From assembly GCA_950097015.1 (NCBI GenBank), contig CATNEN010000037.1, forward strand, positions 2,046,001 through 2,110,000: a stretch of 64,000 nucleotides of DNA. Direction: 5' to 3'. The notes beneath the pieces were generated by a model, which worked only from the letters and a program-made list of their open reading frames with translations, searched no databases and was not told the DNA's origin. The position numbers and the translations under genes were made by a program. Source of the DNA: Macrostomum hystrix (lineage: Eukaryota > Animalia > Platyhelminthes). Each line of letters starts with the position of its first letter. Position 1 is the stretch's first letter. Of the stretch, positions 61,965-64,000 are shown piece by piece.

Positions 61965-64000
61965 GTATTCTCTAGTATTCTCTAGTATTCTCTAGTATTC
62001 TCTAGTATTCTCTAGTATTCTCTAGTATTCTCTAGTAATCTCTAGTATTCTCTAGTATTCTCTAGTAATCTCTAGTATTCTCTAGTATCCACTAGTATTC
62101 TCTAATATTCTCTAGTAATCTCTAGTATTCTCTAGTATTCTCTAGTATTCTCTAGTATTCTCTAATATTCTCTAGTATTCTCTAGTATTCTCTAGTAATC
62201 TCTAGTATTCTCTAGTATCCACTAGTATTCTCTAATATTCTCTAGTAATCTCTAGTATTCTCTAGTATTCTCTAGTATTCTCTAGTATTCTCTAATATTC
62301 TCTAGTATTCTCTAGTATTCTCTAGTAATCTCTTGTATTCTCTAGTATCCACTAGTATTCTCTAGTAATCTCTAGTATTCTCTAGTATTCTCTAGTATCC
62401 TCTATTATTCTCTAGTATTCTCTAGTATTCTCTAGTATTCTCTAGTATTCTCTAGTATTCTCTAGTATTCTCTAGTATTCTCTAGTATTCTCTAATATTC
62501 TCTAGTATTCTCTAGTATTCTCTAGTATTCTCTATTATTCTCTAGCATTCTCTAGTATTCTCTAGTATTCTCTAGTATTCTCTAGTAATCTCTAGTATTC
62601 TCTAGTATCCACTAGTATTCTCTAATATTCTCTAGAAATCTCTAGTATTCTCTAGTATTCTCTAGTATTCTCTAGTATTCTCTAATATTCTCTAGTATTC
62701 TCTAGTATTCTCTAGTAATCTCTTGTATTCTCTAGTATCCACTAGTATTCTCTAGTAATCTCTAGTATTCTCTAGTATTCTCTAGTATTCTCTATTATTC
62801 TCTAGTATTCTCTAGTATTCTCTAGTATTCTCTAGTATTCTCTAATATTCTCTAGTATTCTCTAATATTCTCTAGTAATCTCTAGTATTCTCTAGTATTC
62901 TCTAGTATTCTCTAGTATTCTCTAATATTCTCTAGTATTCTCTAGTATTCTCTAGTAATCTCTTGTATTCTCTAGTATCCACTAGTATTCTCTAGTAATC
63001 TCTAGTATTCTCTAGTATTCTCTAGTATCCTCTATTATTCTCTAGTATTCTCTAGTATTCTCTAGTATTCTCTAGTATTCTCTAGTATTCTCTAGTATTC
63101 TCTAGTATTCTCTAGTATTCTCTAATATTCTCTAGTATTCTCTAGTATTCTCTAGTATTCTCTATTATTCTCTAGCATTCTCTAGTATTCTCTAGTATTC
63201 TCTAGTATTCTCTAGTAATCTCTAGTATTCTCTAGTATCCACTAGTATTCTCTAATATTCTCTAGTAATCTCTAGTATTCTCTAGTATTCTCTAGTATTC
63301 TCTAGTATTCTCTAATATTCTCTAGTAATCTCTAGTATTCTCTAGTAATCTCTTGTATTCTCTAGTATCCACTAGTATTCTCTAGTAATCTCTAGTATTC
63401 TCTAGTATTCTCTAGTATTCTCTATTATTCTCTAGTATTCTCTAGTATTCTCTAGTATTCTCTAGTATTCTCTAGTATTCTCTAGTATTCTCTAGTATTC
63501 TCTAGTATTCTCTAATATTCTCTAGTATTCTCTAGTAATCTCTAGTATTCTCTATTATTCTCTAGCATTCTCTAGTATTCTCTAGTATTCTCTAGTATTC
63601 TCTAGTAATCTCTTGTATTCTCTAGTATCCACTAGTATTCTCTAGTAATCTCTAGTATTCTCTAGTATTCTCTAGTATTCTCTAGTATTCTCTAGTATTC
63701 TCTAGTATTCTCTAGTATTCACTAATATTCTCTAGTATTCTCTAGTATTCTCTAGTATTCTCTAGTATTCTCTATTATTCTCTAGCATTCTCTAGTATTC
63801 TCTAGTATTCTCTAGTATTCTCTAGTAATCTCTAGTATTCTCTAGTATCCACTAGTATTCTCTAATATTCTCTAGTATCCACTAGTATTCTCTAATATTC
63901 TCTAGTATTCTCTAGTATTCTCTAGTATTCTCTAGTATTCTCTAATATTCTCTAGTATTCTCTAGTATTCTCTAGTATTCTCTAGTATTCTCTAGTATTC
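61965..64000. repeat. 10-bp satellite TCTAGTATTC running off the window end, with a 630-bp higher-order period
   Basis: Variants tcttgtattc at 62331/62961 and 62721/63351; tctagcattc at 62541/63171. Confidence 0.98.

Overview
AT-rich animal genomic DNA with GC-rich spliceosomal exons and a different tandem-repeat array in most large introns and intergenic gaps; this style suggests a repeat-rich flatworm such as Macrostomum (inference only). Gene models were built by hand from GT-AG junctions with consistent phases. (1) A 5'-partial band 4.1/Coracle-like FERM gene (+, 3478-14331) that unexpectedly carries two tandem DDX1-type SPRY domains between the FERM-adjacent region and a degenerate 4.1 C-terminal region. 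(2) A secreted PAN/Apple + fibrinogen-C gene (+, 16976-18258). (3) An unrecognised ~598-aa 10-exon gene (-, 25043-18780). (4) A candidate 101-aa secreted peptide precursor (+, 28471-28860). (5) An intronless rhodopsin-class GPCR (-, 32484-31114). (6) REXO1 (-, 58078-47993). Also present are two tRNA-derived SINE families, a foldback-like element enclosing a minisatellite, and about 30 micro/minisatellite arrays, several with higher-order periodicity. Most long ORFs in the ORF track are artefacts of tandem repeats.
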